A stretch of DNA of 64,000 nucleotides, from NCBI GenBank assembly GCA_000004985.1, contig GG738847.1; one strand, written 5' to 3'. Shown in pieces: positions 10,856 to 21,133 of this stretch. Numbering within the stretch: position 1 is the first letter of the stretch; each line of letters begins with the position of its first letter. This stretch comes from Naegleria gruberi. Its lineage: Eukaryota. Under the pieces are notes generated by a model that was not told the origin of the DNA, made no database searches, and saw nothing but the letters and a program-made list of their open reading frames with translations. Made by a program: the position numbers and the translations under genes.

Positions 10856-11015
10856 TTGTTAAATTGTTATTACTCTGACATTAAAGATATGAAGCTAAGC
10901 ACCAAGCTGTTTGTTTTGTTTTGTCTCTCTAAAAACTGTTGTTGTAAAATACCAAAATGCCAGTCATCCATAAATTATTTTAAAAATTTGTTGAAAAAAA
11001 ATCCATAACATCATC

Positions 11016-11507
11016 ATGCCTCCAGCACAAAAGACCGTTGTTAAGAAGGAAATCGCCGAACCAAAGATCGTCGAAAAGAAGAGAGAACAAGCCAAGAAGA
11101 ACGTCGCCAAGATTACCAAGAGAGGTAAGGGCGTTAGAGCTCACAAGGTTTGGACTTCAGTCACCTTCAAGAGACCACACACTCTTAGATTGGCCAAGAA
11201 GCCAAAGTATGTTAGAAAGTCTATCCCAGCTACTAACGACATGGATACCTATCAAATTCTCCAATATCCACCAACTCTCCAAAATCCAAAGGTTACCAAG
11301 GCTATTGAAGATAACAACACTGTTGCTTTTGTTGTTGATTTGAAATCTAACAAGAAGTCCATCAAGAAGGCTTTCGAAGAATTGAGCAAGGTTAAGGTCC
11401 AAAGCATTAGAACCCAAATCACCGCCAAGGGTAAGAAGTTGGCTTGGATTAAGCTTCCATCGAACGTTGAAGCCATCGATGTCACATCTCAATTGGGTAT
11501 GCTCTAA
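11016..11507 (+). CDS. RPL23A: 60S ribosomal protein L23a (uL23; yeast L25)
   Basis: KRPHTLRLAKKPKYVRKS..DMDTYQIL.YP..NTVAFVVD..KAFEEL..V.SIRT closely matches uL23. Codon usage is strongly optimised (aag, gtc, atc, acc, gcc, ttg), unlike its neighbours, as expected for a highly expressed gene. Confidence 0.95.
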   Translation: MPPAQKTVVKKEIAEPKIVEKKREQAKKNVAKITKRGKGVRAHKVWTSVTFKRPHTLRLAKKPKYVRKSIPATNDMDTYQILQYPPTLQNPKVTKAIEDNNTVAFVVDLKSNKKSIKKAFEELSKVKVQSIRTQITAKGKKLAWIKLPSNVEAIDVTSQLGML

Positions 11508-11628
11508 ATCTTCCATAAAAACAAAAATTAATTTCAAAAAAAGTTTTTAATTTTATTTAATAGTATTCCTGAAATTGTTTGAAGCTAATATAAACTATCT
11601 AATGTAGATTTAGCAATATAATTTAAAA

Positions 11629-12120
11629 TTACAGGTTATATTTATTCCGATAGGCAAGAATCACTTTGCTGTACTTGGTAAATTTCAAATATTTAAAGTA
11701 GTAAATCTTACCACCAAAAAGTTGAATGGATTTGGTGTTGGATCTCAATTCTTTGTCGTCAGACGTGCTGTCGTACACTATATGAAGGGAATCAATACTT
11801 GTTCCACAAAATAATTTTCCATGACCTGTTATTCTTTCAATTGTGATATTATCCTTCTTTTGAATTTTCCAACTTGTGGAGTCTGAAATGGTTTTAGTTT
11901 TTAAATCACCAAATAATACAATTTGATCCACACTAATATCATTGATATCAGGGTTAGAGCTGCAATGTCTCAATTCTGATGGCGAATCAAGAAATTCGTC
12001 AATAATACTTGTACTCAAAGGAGAGTCGCTTTTAACACTTATTTCACTCAGGTCATCGTCATCATCAAAGAAATATGATTTATTGGATAAATAGGATTGT
12101 GAGGATGGTGAGTTTATCAT
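11629..12120 (-). CDS. hypothetical protein (163 aa, acidic/Ser-rich N-terminus)
   Basis: Clean ORF with a true ATG at 12120. No family recognised. Confidence 0.5.
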   Translation of the reverse strand: MINSPSSQSYLSNKSYFFDDDDDLSEISVKSDSPLSTSIIDEFLDSPSELRHCSSNPDINDISVDQIVLFGDLKTKTISDSTSWKIQKKDNITIERITGHGKLFCGTSIDSLHIVYDSTSDDKELRSNTKSIQLFGGKIYYFKYLKFTKYSKVILAYRNKYNL

Positions 12121-12391
12121 TTGTTTTCTGGAATGTGTTGTGATTCTTACTTGCCAGCTATTGAGTTATTGCGCATCATTACAGTCATGCATCATGGACA
12201 GAAAAAACTATCAACTTTCCTTAATGAACCGTCTGGCCCTTCCTCCCAATAATGGATGCTTATTGCATAAATTGAAGCATTCCAAAGTCCATTTAAAGAG
12301 TAAAAGAGCACAATTCGCAGAAAAAATAGTTCACACCCCACGAACAAACTCAGTTCATTAGAACCATTGCTCATAAATTTCATAATCCAAA

Positions 12392-13432
12392 TCAATGCTT
12401 ACTCTTCTTTGTACCACTCTTAGCTTGTGATGACTCTTTGAGTTTACGCTTGTTTGCTGAATTTGAATCAGATTCTCTCATGTAGGAGTCGACATAAATG
12501 ACTGGATCATCAAAGTCCAGTTTCTTCATGGTTTCCTTAAATTTGTTGGTCATCTTTGATTTTCCATGCAAAAATGGCCAATACCAATGATAACACAAAG
12601 TATTGTAAACTCTCTCAGCATTCAATTCTGGTGGTATTTGATCTTGTTCGACACTAATAAAGTGATTCATAATTTCAAACGTTTCCACTCTCGTTCCCTC
12701 TGTATAACACTCCTCCGAATAGAAAATCAAATTGTCAAATACTGAAACACTCTCATCAAAGTGAGTAGTTCCTTCGAAATGTTGGTAAGTACCACAAAAT
12801 AAAAACTGTAAGGGATAACCAAATCCCATGTAGATAGTGGCCTCAATTTCATATCCTCCTATCTTTGCAGTTAATTCAGGTTTTAACTTCTCAATGGAAT
12901 GGACAAAGATTTGCTTACATTCACCTCCTTTCCAGAATTGTGAGACATCTTTAATTTCATAAGTAGTGCCACCATCATTAATAATCAAGTCACAATTATA
13001 ATATTGTGAACATAATTTTTCACGAATTTCAACAGCCATGGTTATTTTGGAGATGGTGTCTTCAATTTCCTTGGCATATGTAGTGTCATTTGCACAAAAC
13101 TTTGAAACTAAACTTGTCAAATTTCTCTTTGGAATTAAACTATTACTGACGAACTCTTTAAAAAGTGACTGCATTGATTCATAGTTTTTCAACAATCTAT
13201 TATCAGAAACCTTTCCATTAACCATATTTTCTAAAAGACCAACTTGTTCACTAGTTAGGTTTAAAACATTGGCCATATAAAGTCTTGCGAAATGTTCGGA
13301 AGAGAATACTGTAGAAAATGTTCTACTAATCAGTGGTGGTTCATTTCTCAACCAATCAACCACATTGGAAAAGGAGAGGATTTTCTCTACTATCAATTCT
13401 TGACCAAAAACTGGATGGGAACTTGGATGCAT
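12392..13432 (-). CDS. hypothetical conserved-looking protein (about 346 aa)
   Basis: Long ORF. The most plausible start is the ATG at 13432 (MHPSSHP...) in a caaaacaaaaaaATG context; the track start at 13501 is a non-ATG codon. Globular composition and a basic C-terminal tail. Family not recognised. Confidence 0.6.
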   Translation of the reverse strand: MHPSSHPVFGQELIVEKILSFSNVVDWLRNEPPLISRTFSTVFSSEHFARLYMANVLNLTSEQVGLLENMVNGKVSDNRLLKNYESMQSLFKEFVSNSLIPKRNLTSLVSKFCANDTTYAKEIEDTISKITMAVEIREKLCSQYYNCDLIINDGGTTYEIKDVSQFWKGGECKQIFVHSIEKLKPELTAKIGGYEIEATIYMGFGYPLQFLFCGTYQHFEGTTHFDESVSVFDNLIFYSEECYTEGTRVETFEIMNHFISVEQDQIPPELNAERVYNTLCYHWYWPFLHGKSKMTNKFKETMKKLDFDDPVIYVDSYMRESDSNSANKRKLKESSQAKSGTKKSKH

Positions 13433-13534
13433 TTTTTTGTTTTGGAAATGAAAGTTCAACTTGGTAAAAACTTTTACCTTAGCACATCGGTTGACACACA
13501 TACTAAATATTTCATCTTACTTCAACCACGGTAA

Positions 13535-13607
13535 TCCCCCTTAGCTCAGTCGGTAGAGCGTCAGACTGTTAATCTGCAGGTCGGTGGTTCGAGCCCACCA
13601 GGGGGAG
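13535..13607 (+). tRNA. tRNA-Asn (anticodon GUU)
   Basis: 7-bp acceptor stem TCCCCCT/AGGGGGA, D-arm GCTCAGTCGGTAGAGC, anticodon loop CTGTTAA, T-arm GGTGGTTCGAGCCCACC, discriminator G. A T-run (GTTTTTGT) follows downstream. Confidence 0.9.
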
Positions 13608-13667
13608 AAGTGTTTTTGTAGCAATATTGTTGAATACACAAGTTTTGTTATTTTTAAAATTAAAAAA

Positions 13668-14071
13668 ATGTCCACAACAAATACTGAAAATACCATTCCT
13701 ATCATTCAACCACTTGGTAGGTTAATTATTCAACAATAGATTTGGAATATAATCGGAATAGAATTAATTGATAAGTGTATCGGATCTTCAATTTTTGTAT
13801 TGATGAAGGATGATAAGGAGCTTGTCGGAACTTTGAGAGGATTTGATGATTATATTAGTATGTAATTATAAATAATTATTGAATAATTAATTCATGAAAA
13901 ATAGATATGATTTTGGATAATGTGACTGAATATTCATATAGTGAAGATGGATCGTCTAGGACTGAAAGTAAATTACCTTCCATTATTTTGAACGGAAATA
14001 ATGTTGCTATTCTTGCTCCAGGCTTGAGTGAACCTCCAAAACATGAAATTAATCAAGATTGTAGATTTTAA
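13668..14071 (+). CDS. LSM5: U6 snRNA-associated Sm-like protein LSm5, three exons (13668..13716, 13762..13857, 13905..14071)
   Basis: Absent from the ORF track because the exons are short. Spliced protein [16 protein letters not shown]|[32 protein letters not shown]|[10 protein letters not shown]...[18 protein letters not shown] matches human LSm5 ([55 protein letters not shown]). Introns are 45 nt (GTAGGT..TAG) and 47 nt (GTATGT..TAG), with phases consistent. Confidence 0.85.
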
Positions 14072-14181
14072 ATTATTATTATTGAACCTGTAGAAAACTA
14101 AAAGTAAAACTAGATTTAAATTGCTCATTCTTTTTGTGAATTTTACAATATTCTAATAGAGTTAATTGTAAGAAACTTTAT

Positions 14182-15639
14182 TTAATCATCAGACAATTCA
14201 TCACCATTATCATCTTGCATGGTATTTCCAGCTCCTTGATATTTGGATTTATGTTGGGGCAGGTCAGTTGGATTATTGAGAACTCTTCTAATTTCTGAGG
14301 CCATACTTGTGTTTTGTTTGTGAAGTTTACAAACTTGTTTGATTTGATGCTTTTGTTCCTTTGAAAGTTTTGATCCGTAGTAAGTGACAAAAGTGAGGAG
14401 AGCTTGATACCAAACAGTGTGAATGTTGGCCTTTTCTGGTGGAATATTTAAGAATTTAGCAAAATAGGAGACAACACCTTGAATAACTTGTGTCGGAAGG
14501 GCATATCTCTTTTCCAAGAATACCTTAATAAATATGCAATTTGTGTTGGTATAATCGAGAGAGGCAATTTTCAATAAAGCAGCAGCAGAATGCATAACTG
14601 GAATGGTCATCTTTTTCAAAATACCTCCAATAATGTGGGCTTCTTTAACAGTACATTGACCATCTTCACAAAGTGGAATAATGAAACCTTTAAATAAAGC
14701 AGCTGGTCTCCACGTTGCCTTAATAATTGATTGATACAAGTGGTGATTTAACTTTAAGTGTTTACGGGAAGTGAATTGAGAATTGATTGGGGACTTTTTC
14801 TTATTGGAAGTGAGAATATCATTTCTAACTCTTGGCAATAAAATCATGTTCAAAAATCTTTGAGAAATTGAATCATTACCTTGAGAGACAAATAATTTAG
14901 TTGCTTTGTATACAGCTTGTGTAGACCACTTATCTGGTTGAGTTAAATAAAGGATTTCTTCCCAATTTGAAAGAGTTGGAATAATGGCAAAAACTTTTGG
15001 AAGTTTACCAGATCTATACTTTTTCAAAATTGTTCCCAAAGCTCTATAGGAAGTAACAACCTTCTTGTGAAGCTTTTCTTCCAAGGCCTTTTCATCAAAT
15101 GAAAGAGTTGAAACCATTGTTGGATCAACATGGCCATGTTGTGAAACTTCCTTTTCTTTGATTTTTTGAATAATCATTTCAGAAATATTGATTGGTTGTC
15201 TATTTTCTTCTTCTTCTGTACCTAAAAAGAAGTTCAAAGCGTTTTCATCCTCTTCTTCCAATTCAATTTCAACATATTCCGAAGTTGATTTTTTCTTTTC
15301 ATTTCCTGATGTTGGAATATCTAAAACACTACTAATTGGTTCATCATCGTCATCCATTTCCAATTCTACTTGTTGTCTCTTAACTGCTGATTCAATTCTT
15401 TTTGTTGTCTTTGCATCAAGAAATTCTTCTTCTTCTTCCTCTCCATCATTATAATCATCACCACTAATATTAACTTTCATTTTCTTTTGAAGTTTTTTAA
15501 GAGCTCTTCTTCCTTGTGGAGCATTTTGTTGTTCTTCATCCAATTGTTCATGTTCCAAATATTCTCTGTGCAATGGTTTTGTTGCTCTTTGTTGAATCAA
15601 CTTTTTGACTGTCTTGGCTTGTTTGGTTTCCTTTGGCAT
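14182..15639 (-). CDS. bystin (Enp1/BYSL) ribosome-biogenesis protein
   Basis: The conserved C-terminal bystin domain (..LPKVFAIIPTLSNWEEILYLTQPDKWS..VYKATKLF..LPRVRNDI..) follows an acidic, Lys-rich N-terminus. Real ATG at 15639 (MPKETKQ) in an a-run context. Confidence 0.85.
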   Translation of the reverse strand: MPKETKQAKTVKKLIQQRATKPLHREYLEHEQLDEEQQNAPQGRRALKKLQKKMKVNISGDDYNDGEEEEEEFLDAKTTKRIESAVKRQQVELEMDDDDEPISSVLDIPTSGNEKKKSTSEYVEIELEEEDENALNFFLGTEEEENRQPINISEMIIQKIKEKEVSQHGHVDPTMVSTLSFDEKALEEKLHKKVVTSYRALGTILKKYRSGKLPKVFAIIPTLSNWEEILYLTQPDKWSTQAVYKATKLFVSQGNDSISQRFLNMILLPRVRNDILTSNKKKSPINSQFTSRKHLKLNHHLYQSIIKATWRPAALFKGFIIPLCEDGQCTVKEAHIIGGILKKMTIPVMHSAAALLKIASLDYTNTNCIFIKVFLEKRYALPTQVIQGVVSYFAKFLNIPPEKANIHTVWYQALLTFVTYYGSKLSKEQKHQIKQVCKLHKQNTSMASEIRRVLNNPTDLPQHKSKYQGAGNTMQDDNGDELSDD

Positions 15640-16408
15640 TTTTTTTTCAAATTCAAAATTATTGCTGAAAATTTGATAATTGAACAATTTATGAATACAT
15701 AAGAAGAATATTTGATGAAGGATGATTAAAGATATTAAAGAAATTGTAAATGTTTCATGAACAATTAATAAATTTATTTATAAATAATAATAATATGTTA
15801 ATAATAATATTAAAATAATAAAAAGGAGGCTTGTGATGAATGGCATCAGAGTATTTTGAATTCATGATGGAAAATAGTGTACGGTTTTTGTGAAGGATTA
15901 CTGAACAAGGCTTGTTGCTATTTCATCCATACAAATCGTAAACCTCATTGCAATTATTTCCCATTGCCAATCCTGTTTTACTTTGGAAAGGCAACAAGAA
16001 ACAACACACAAAGTTTCTATATCACACCCCTTTGGTAGAGAATATTGATGTTGCTTGATACTCTCACCCTAAAAGTATGAAAAGAGAGGAGAAATCTATT
16101 CGAGATACAAATGTTTGTATATTCGTGCTCATCACAATAAGGGATCAATATGGAGAATAACAACAATCCCGATTCATCATCATCCACAATCCGTACAAGT
16201 TTAGATCATACCTTTTACTAACAGTCATCATTTAGCCTTTCCTCCCTTATTTTTTTTAATTATTAAATTAATTTAAATATATTTAATTAAATTATTAATA
16301 TTTTCATCAACACTATTCAAAATGTTCATCAAAATTGATTTTAATATTTATTAAATATTTAATAGTATTAAAATAATATAATATTTAATAGTAAAATATT
16401 AAAAAAAA

Positions 16409-19091
16409 ATGTCTGATGTAAAATCGCCCACCGTCTTGGGCATGGGTTTCAACTCATCACAAAATAATTTCAAATTGCCATCCTCTCACCTAGTGGGTAA
16501 TGTAAAAGTTGCTGATAAGAGTTGGAGAAATGCTCGATCTCTTTCCGGACTTCATGATGGTGGACAAAATGTAACAAAATCACTCCTACGTTCCGATATT
16601 ACTATTGAGGATAGTTCTTGTATTTGTGTAAATAATCAACAAAATTATATTGTACAGGCTGGTGTTGGAGGAAGATTTCAAACTATTAAAGTAATTCAAA
16701 AATCAAGGAGTGATGCTAAACAATTTACAAACACAACAACAGTTTTGGATAAAAAGGATTCACCAATACCAAATACTAATATATTTTCACCACAATTTAG
16801 TGGGAAATTTCCTGGACCTATTCACTGTATGGATATGTTAAATCAATATCTTCTTATTGGAAGTTCTAATGGAGAGTGTTATGTAAAAACTATGGATGTT
16901 GCTAGTGAAAAGAATAATTGTCTTCTTGATGATTCTCCAAATAGTATTGTTAAATGTCAGACATTTTCTCATTCAAAATTAAAGAAATCAGATCAATCAT
17001 CTATTCTCACAACTCCTTCTCCAGAACAATACACATTCAGCACTAAAATTAATAATGTACAAATAGAAAGATCAGAAAATCCAAAGAATTTTCACACATT
17101 GGAAAATAATAGACTTCACATTTGGTCTTTTGAAAAGGATGATGCTCCAATCCAAACTATTCAAGGCTCTAGAAGTCCTTTATGGTGCAGTTCATGGTCT
17201 AGTTTTAACTCTAATTTAATTCTCATTGGTGGTGTCAGTAAAGCTGTCAAGTTGATAGATACAAGAAGTATGGGAATTGCAAATGCCAACATCCAATTTT
17301 CTCATTGTGATGCAATTACTGATGTACAGTGGAGTCCTCTTCTTCCTTACTGGTTTGCCAGCTGCTCAACTGATGGACTCATTTATGTGTGGGATCAAAG
17401 ATATGCTGCAGAACCAATTAAAATTTTGGAAGGACATAACAATGTAGTCAAGAAGATATCTTGGTCTCGTTCACATGTTGAAGTTCTCGCCAGTGGTGGT
17501 GTAGATCATTCTGTAAAGTTGTGGAGTTTAAGAACAGAGCCTCATCATGTTCTGACAACATTAGATAAGGGCTTCTTTAGTGATTCAATTTTAGGTCTTA
17601 GCTTTTCAAATGTAACACCAAATCAATTGTTTGCCAACTCTGCTAGTGGTGAATTATTGGCCATATCAGTGGGCTCTCAAGTATTAGATCCACTTGTACA
17701 ACATAGATTCTTTGAAGAAGGATCAGAATCTAGTGGAAAGAAAGATAGCGAAAAAGACAATATTGAAAATGTTGAAACAAATATTTTCCATAGAAATTTG
17801 ACACAAGCTTTCAGTGATGTGGAGCAAATTGCTACCAAACTTAAAAATCAAAACAAACTCGAGAAGGCTCTCAAATTGCTCGAACTCTGTAAACCAAAAA
17901 TTAATACAGGAACTGAAAAGGCAAACACCAATCCAAAGGCAAGATTTAAGAAAGAACTTGAAGATTACTCTTACCATATTCCACCAAACTTTTCACTTGC
18001 TAAAAAGCCAGACGAGAAGAGAATTGATGACTTGATTTTGAATTGTAAAATATTGAGATTTGTACAAAGAAAAGAATTTAGTGAAATAGTTTCTTTAGAA
18101 AGCAAGTTGTTAGAATTGTTAAAGTCTGATACTCAAAGAATAGAACTTGGTACCATTAGAGATGTTATCAAACTTTACCTTGCACATGATTACAAGAAGG
18201 GAATGTCACTTGCTATTGAAATTGCTTATATTCTTAAAGATCAATTTGAAGAATATCAAAAGATTGTCAAGGAAATTATCAATCCATCCATATACGAAGT
18301 ATCTCACAATCAATCTCTGAGAGAAAGTGGCTACAGAAGTTTAGCTAAAGCTTTCCAAAATCAAGAGTACATAATCGAACAATTGAAATTGCAAAAAGAT
18401 GTTATTGGAGCTTTGTGGGGATATTCAGATAGCTCCAAGATGATTATCAACTATGTAGGAGATACCTATCTTGACATCATTTCTGCCTCGGTTTTGAGAA
18501 CCTATCTTAATGCTCTTCTGTGCCAGCAACAGTATGACAAGTTTTTCATTGTCTGTACAAAATTACTCCAAAAAATTCAAGGTTTTGATATTGCTGTAGT
18601 CATTCGTGATTTGATGAAAACCGTTGCCAATCCAGATTTTACCAAGCTTTTGAATACTGAAATTCTTAACTCTGAGGTTTGTTTATATTTTCATTCATGT
18701 TATTAACATTTAATAGCTTCTTAATGTTTTAGAAAATAAGAAGCCTTCTGCTTCTAGATTATTCCCTGCTGCTAAATGTTTGGATATTTTGAATCAGACT
18801 AAAGGTACAGTCTTTTCTGTCATTAGAATTGCTATCTTCTGCCCAGCAATACCGAGCTATATGACTGGCGTTTTGGAGCTTGCACTTCAAAAAATCTATG
18901 ACATTTATGAGTTTTCATTTGCTCAACTTGTGGATTCGGCACAAAAACCACTAGCTAAGAAATTTGCAGAAGAGTTACTTAAAAGGTTCGAGTTGAGAAA
19001 ATTGGCTGCCAAATCAGACGATTTAACAGAAATACAAGAAAAGGTGGCTGACCTTGTCCCAATATTGGAAAATGTTTACAATGAAGAATAA
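16409..19091 (+). CDS. large WD40-repeat plus alpha-solenoid protein, two exons (16409..18676, 18717..19091)
   Basis: WD repeats in the middle (..ASCSTDGLIYVWDQRY.., ..ASGGVDHSVKLWSL..). ORF 16409..18706 ends at GAG|GTTTGT; the 40-nt intron 18677..18716 ends TAATAG and continues in phase 0 into ORF 18780..19091 (..LLNVLENKKPSASRLFPAAKCLDILNQTKG...). Confidence 0.7.
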
Positions 19092-19254
19092 ACCCTATGG
19101 ATTATTTACTGTGTGCTCATAATTATTGAACTTCAATACGATTGTTACGAGATAGTAATGTACTAAATCTTATCATTTGGTTGCAGTTCTCTGACCCAGA
19201 AAATTCAATACTCGTTTCAACTTGATTGTCCTTTGATTACTTTGTAAAACAAGT

Positions 19255-20904
19255 TTAAGGCACCAAAAATCTTGACCCATTCTTGCTACTGTCAGCAGAA
19301 GTGTTTGAACCTCCAAATGACTTGTAGAGTGAAACCAAATGGCTTGGCAATTGACCTTTCTTCTTTTGTTTTGACATTACAGACAGTGATTTGTTAGCCT
19401 CAGCAAACTCTTCTTCGAAAGATTTCTTCTTTTTTGGTTTGAGGGATAGTAAGCTATGACTTTGGGAGTGTTCGTTAGGATAAACAATTTTACAAGTTCT
19501 GTCCCTTGCCGATTTTTCCTTTGAGGTTACTGCTCTCTTTTGTAGTGGTTCAAATATGACTGGCTCTGAAAATTCCTCTTCTCTAAAAGATTCGGGAAGT
19601 GATTGAGAATGAAGTTGAGGCTGGTCTTGTTGCATTTCTGAAGTATTTACATTGGAAAAGTTAGTATTCCACATTGAAAGAGCTTGCAAAACAGATATTG
19701 CTGGTTTTTCAACCTCTTCATCCACATTTTTCTTGATATTCTTAACAGTATTTCTGGCACTTTGAATCATCTCTTCTTTTGCATCGAGTAACTTACTGAG
19801 CTTTCTTGGAGTCAGGTCAATATCAACATGTTTTAATGCAAGAGCCCTTCCTCTCCACTTTTCCATTTCTGACATGGATGTCTTGTATCTTTCTGTCAAT
19901 CTTGTTAACTCATTGGCCATAACATCGAGCTCTGTATGTAACACATCATTGTCTGCAGAAGCATTTTTAGAATCATAGACATCCTCTTCTAGCAATCGTA
20001 TCTTTTCTTGATCTGAGAGTTGTTTTATCTGCATTTCTCTAATTAAATTTTCTCTCTTGATTAGATCTTCATCTCTTACTTGCTTATCCCTTTTCAATTT
20101 TTCATTTTGAGAAAGTATGCTTCTGATTTGTTCCAAAAACACATTGATATCAGAAGGAGGTCTATTTACCATGACCTCCTTAAAGAGGCCACTTCGAACT
20201 ATAGCATCCCACACGCCATCATTCTTTGTTACTGGTTCTTGTCTACTAACTGATTCTTCGAATTTCTTCTGATATTCCGATTCAATTTGTTTCCTAAATT
20301 TTTCCAATTCTACAGCAGATGTTTGAGATTCCAATGTTTTTACATGAGATAGTTTCTCTAATTGAGCGTGTAAACTCTTCACTATTGATCTGAGCTCAGC
20401 ATTTTCCTGCTCATAAAATTTATAGATATGCATTTCGCTCTCCATTCTCGATTTTTCAATTGATAATGTTTTAATTTTAAATTCATCCTCCATGCTTTTA
20501 GTTTTCATTTCTTCTGCAAACATATCAAATTCTTGCTTTGCTGTTACCCTAAGCTTTTTAATTTCCTTCCTCAATTCCTCAATTAACGATTCTCGTTGTT
20601 CTCCTGATTTACGAAGAAAATCGAGAGCACTTGTCTGTTCTTCAATCTTTTCTTTTAGTACTCCATTTTCCTGTCTTAATGCTTCAAATCTAATATGATC
20701 AATGTTATGAAATTAATAAATCTCTTCCGACACCTACTCTGATAAAACCTCCTTTACCGTTGCTTTTCTTCTCCCTTCTTTACTTGTTCTAACTTTTAGA
20801 CGTTTCTGATCATTCTCCTCTGAATAGGAAGTACTCTCTCCTCCAGCATCTAAGGAAGATGAGGCTGCTGCTGTGGGAGATACAATATGATACCTTACAG
20901 GCAT
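19255..20904 (-). CDS. coiled-coil protein, two exons (20738..20904, 19255..20689)
   Basis: An aaaaATG start at 20904 encodes MPVRYHIVSPTAAASS..KEVLS. Donor GA|GTAGGT, a 48-nt intron (20690..20737) ending TATTAG, then in frame into the long heptad-rich ORF (E|FEALRQENGVLKEK...). Exact junction has moderate confidence. Confidence 0.55.
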
Positions 20905-21023
20905 TTTTTATCTTTTGCCCTTTCGAAACGAACTTTAAAGTTGTTGTTTGTCTCTTCTAATGATGATGATTTTAAAAATTGGTTATTTACTCTGTAACGT
21001 TCTTTTTCAAACAAAGGCGATTA

Positions 21024-21036
21024 TTTGGCGGGAAAA
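21024..21036 (+). promoter_or_regulatory. canonical E2F site TTTGGCGGGAAAA in the shared promoter of two diverging genes (coiled-coil 20904- and ARM 21134+)
   Basis: Perfect match to the E2F/DP consensus TTTSGCGCS / TTTGGCGGGAA. Confidence 0.5.
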
Positions 21037-21133
21037 ATTTCAAAAAAACAAATCTACAGCCATCATTAAGCAGCTCTTGACCACTGGAAGAATTTAATTA
21101 TCACTTCTCTCTGTAACTTTAAAATATTTAAGA

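Noticed and set aside
16150-16225. Perfect yeast-type branch/acceptor TTTTACTAACAG in the bystin/WD40 intergenic region (also a 23-codon uORF MENNNNPDSSSS..)
   Set aside because: No in-frame downstream exon and no convincing donor at 37-59 nt. It may be a 5'-UTR intron of the WD40 gene, but that cannot be supported from sequence alone.
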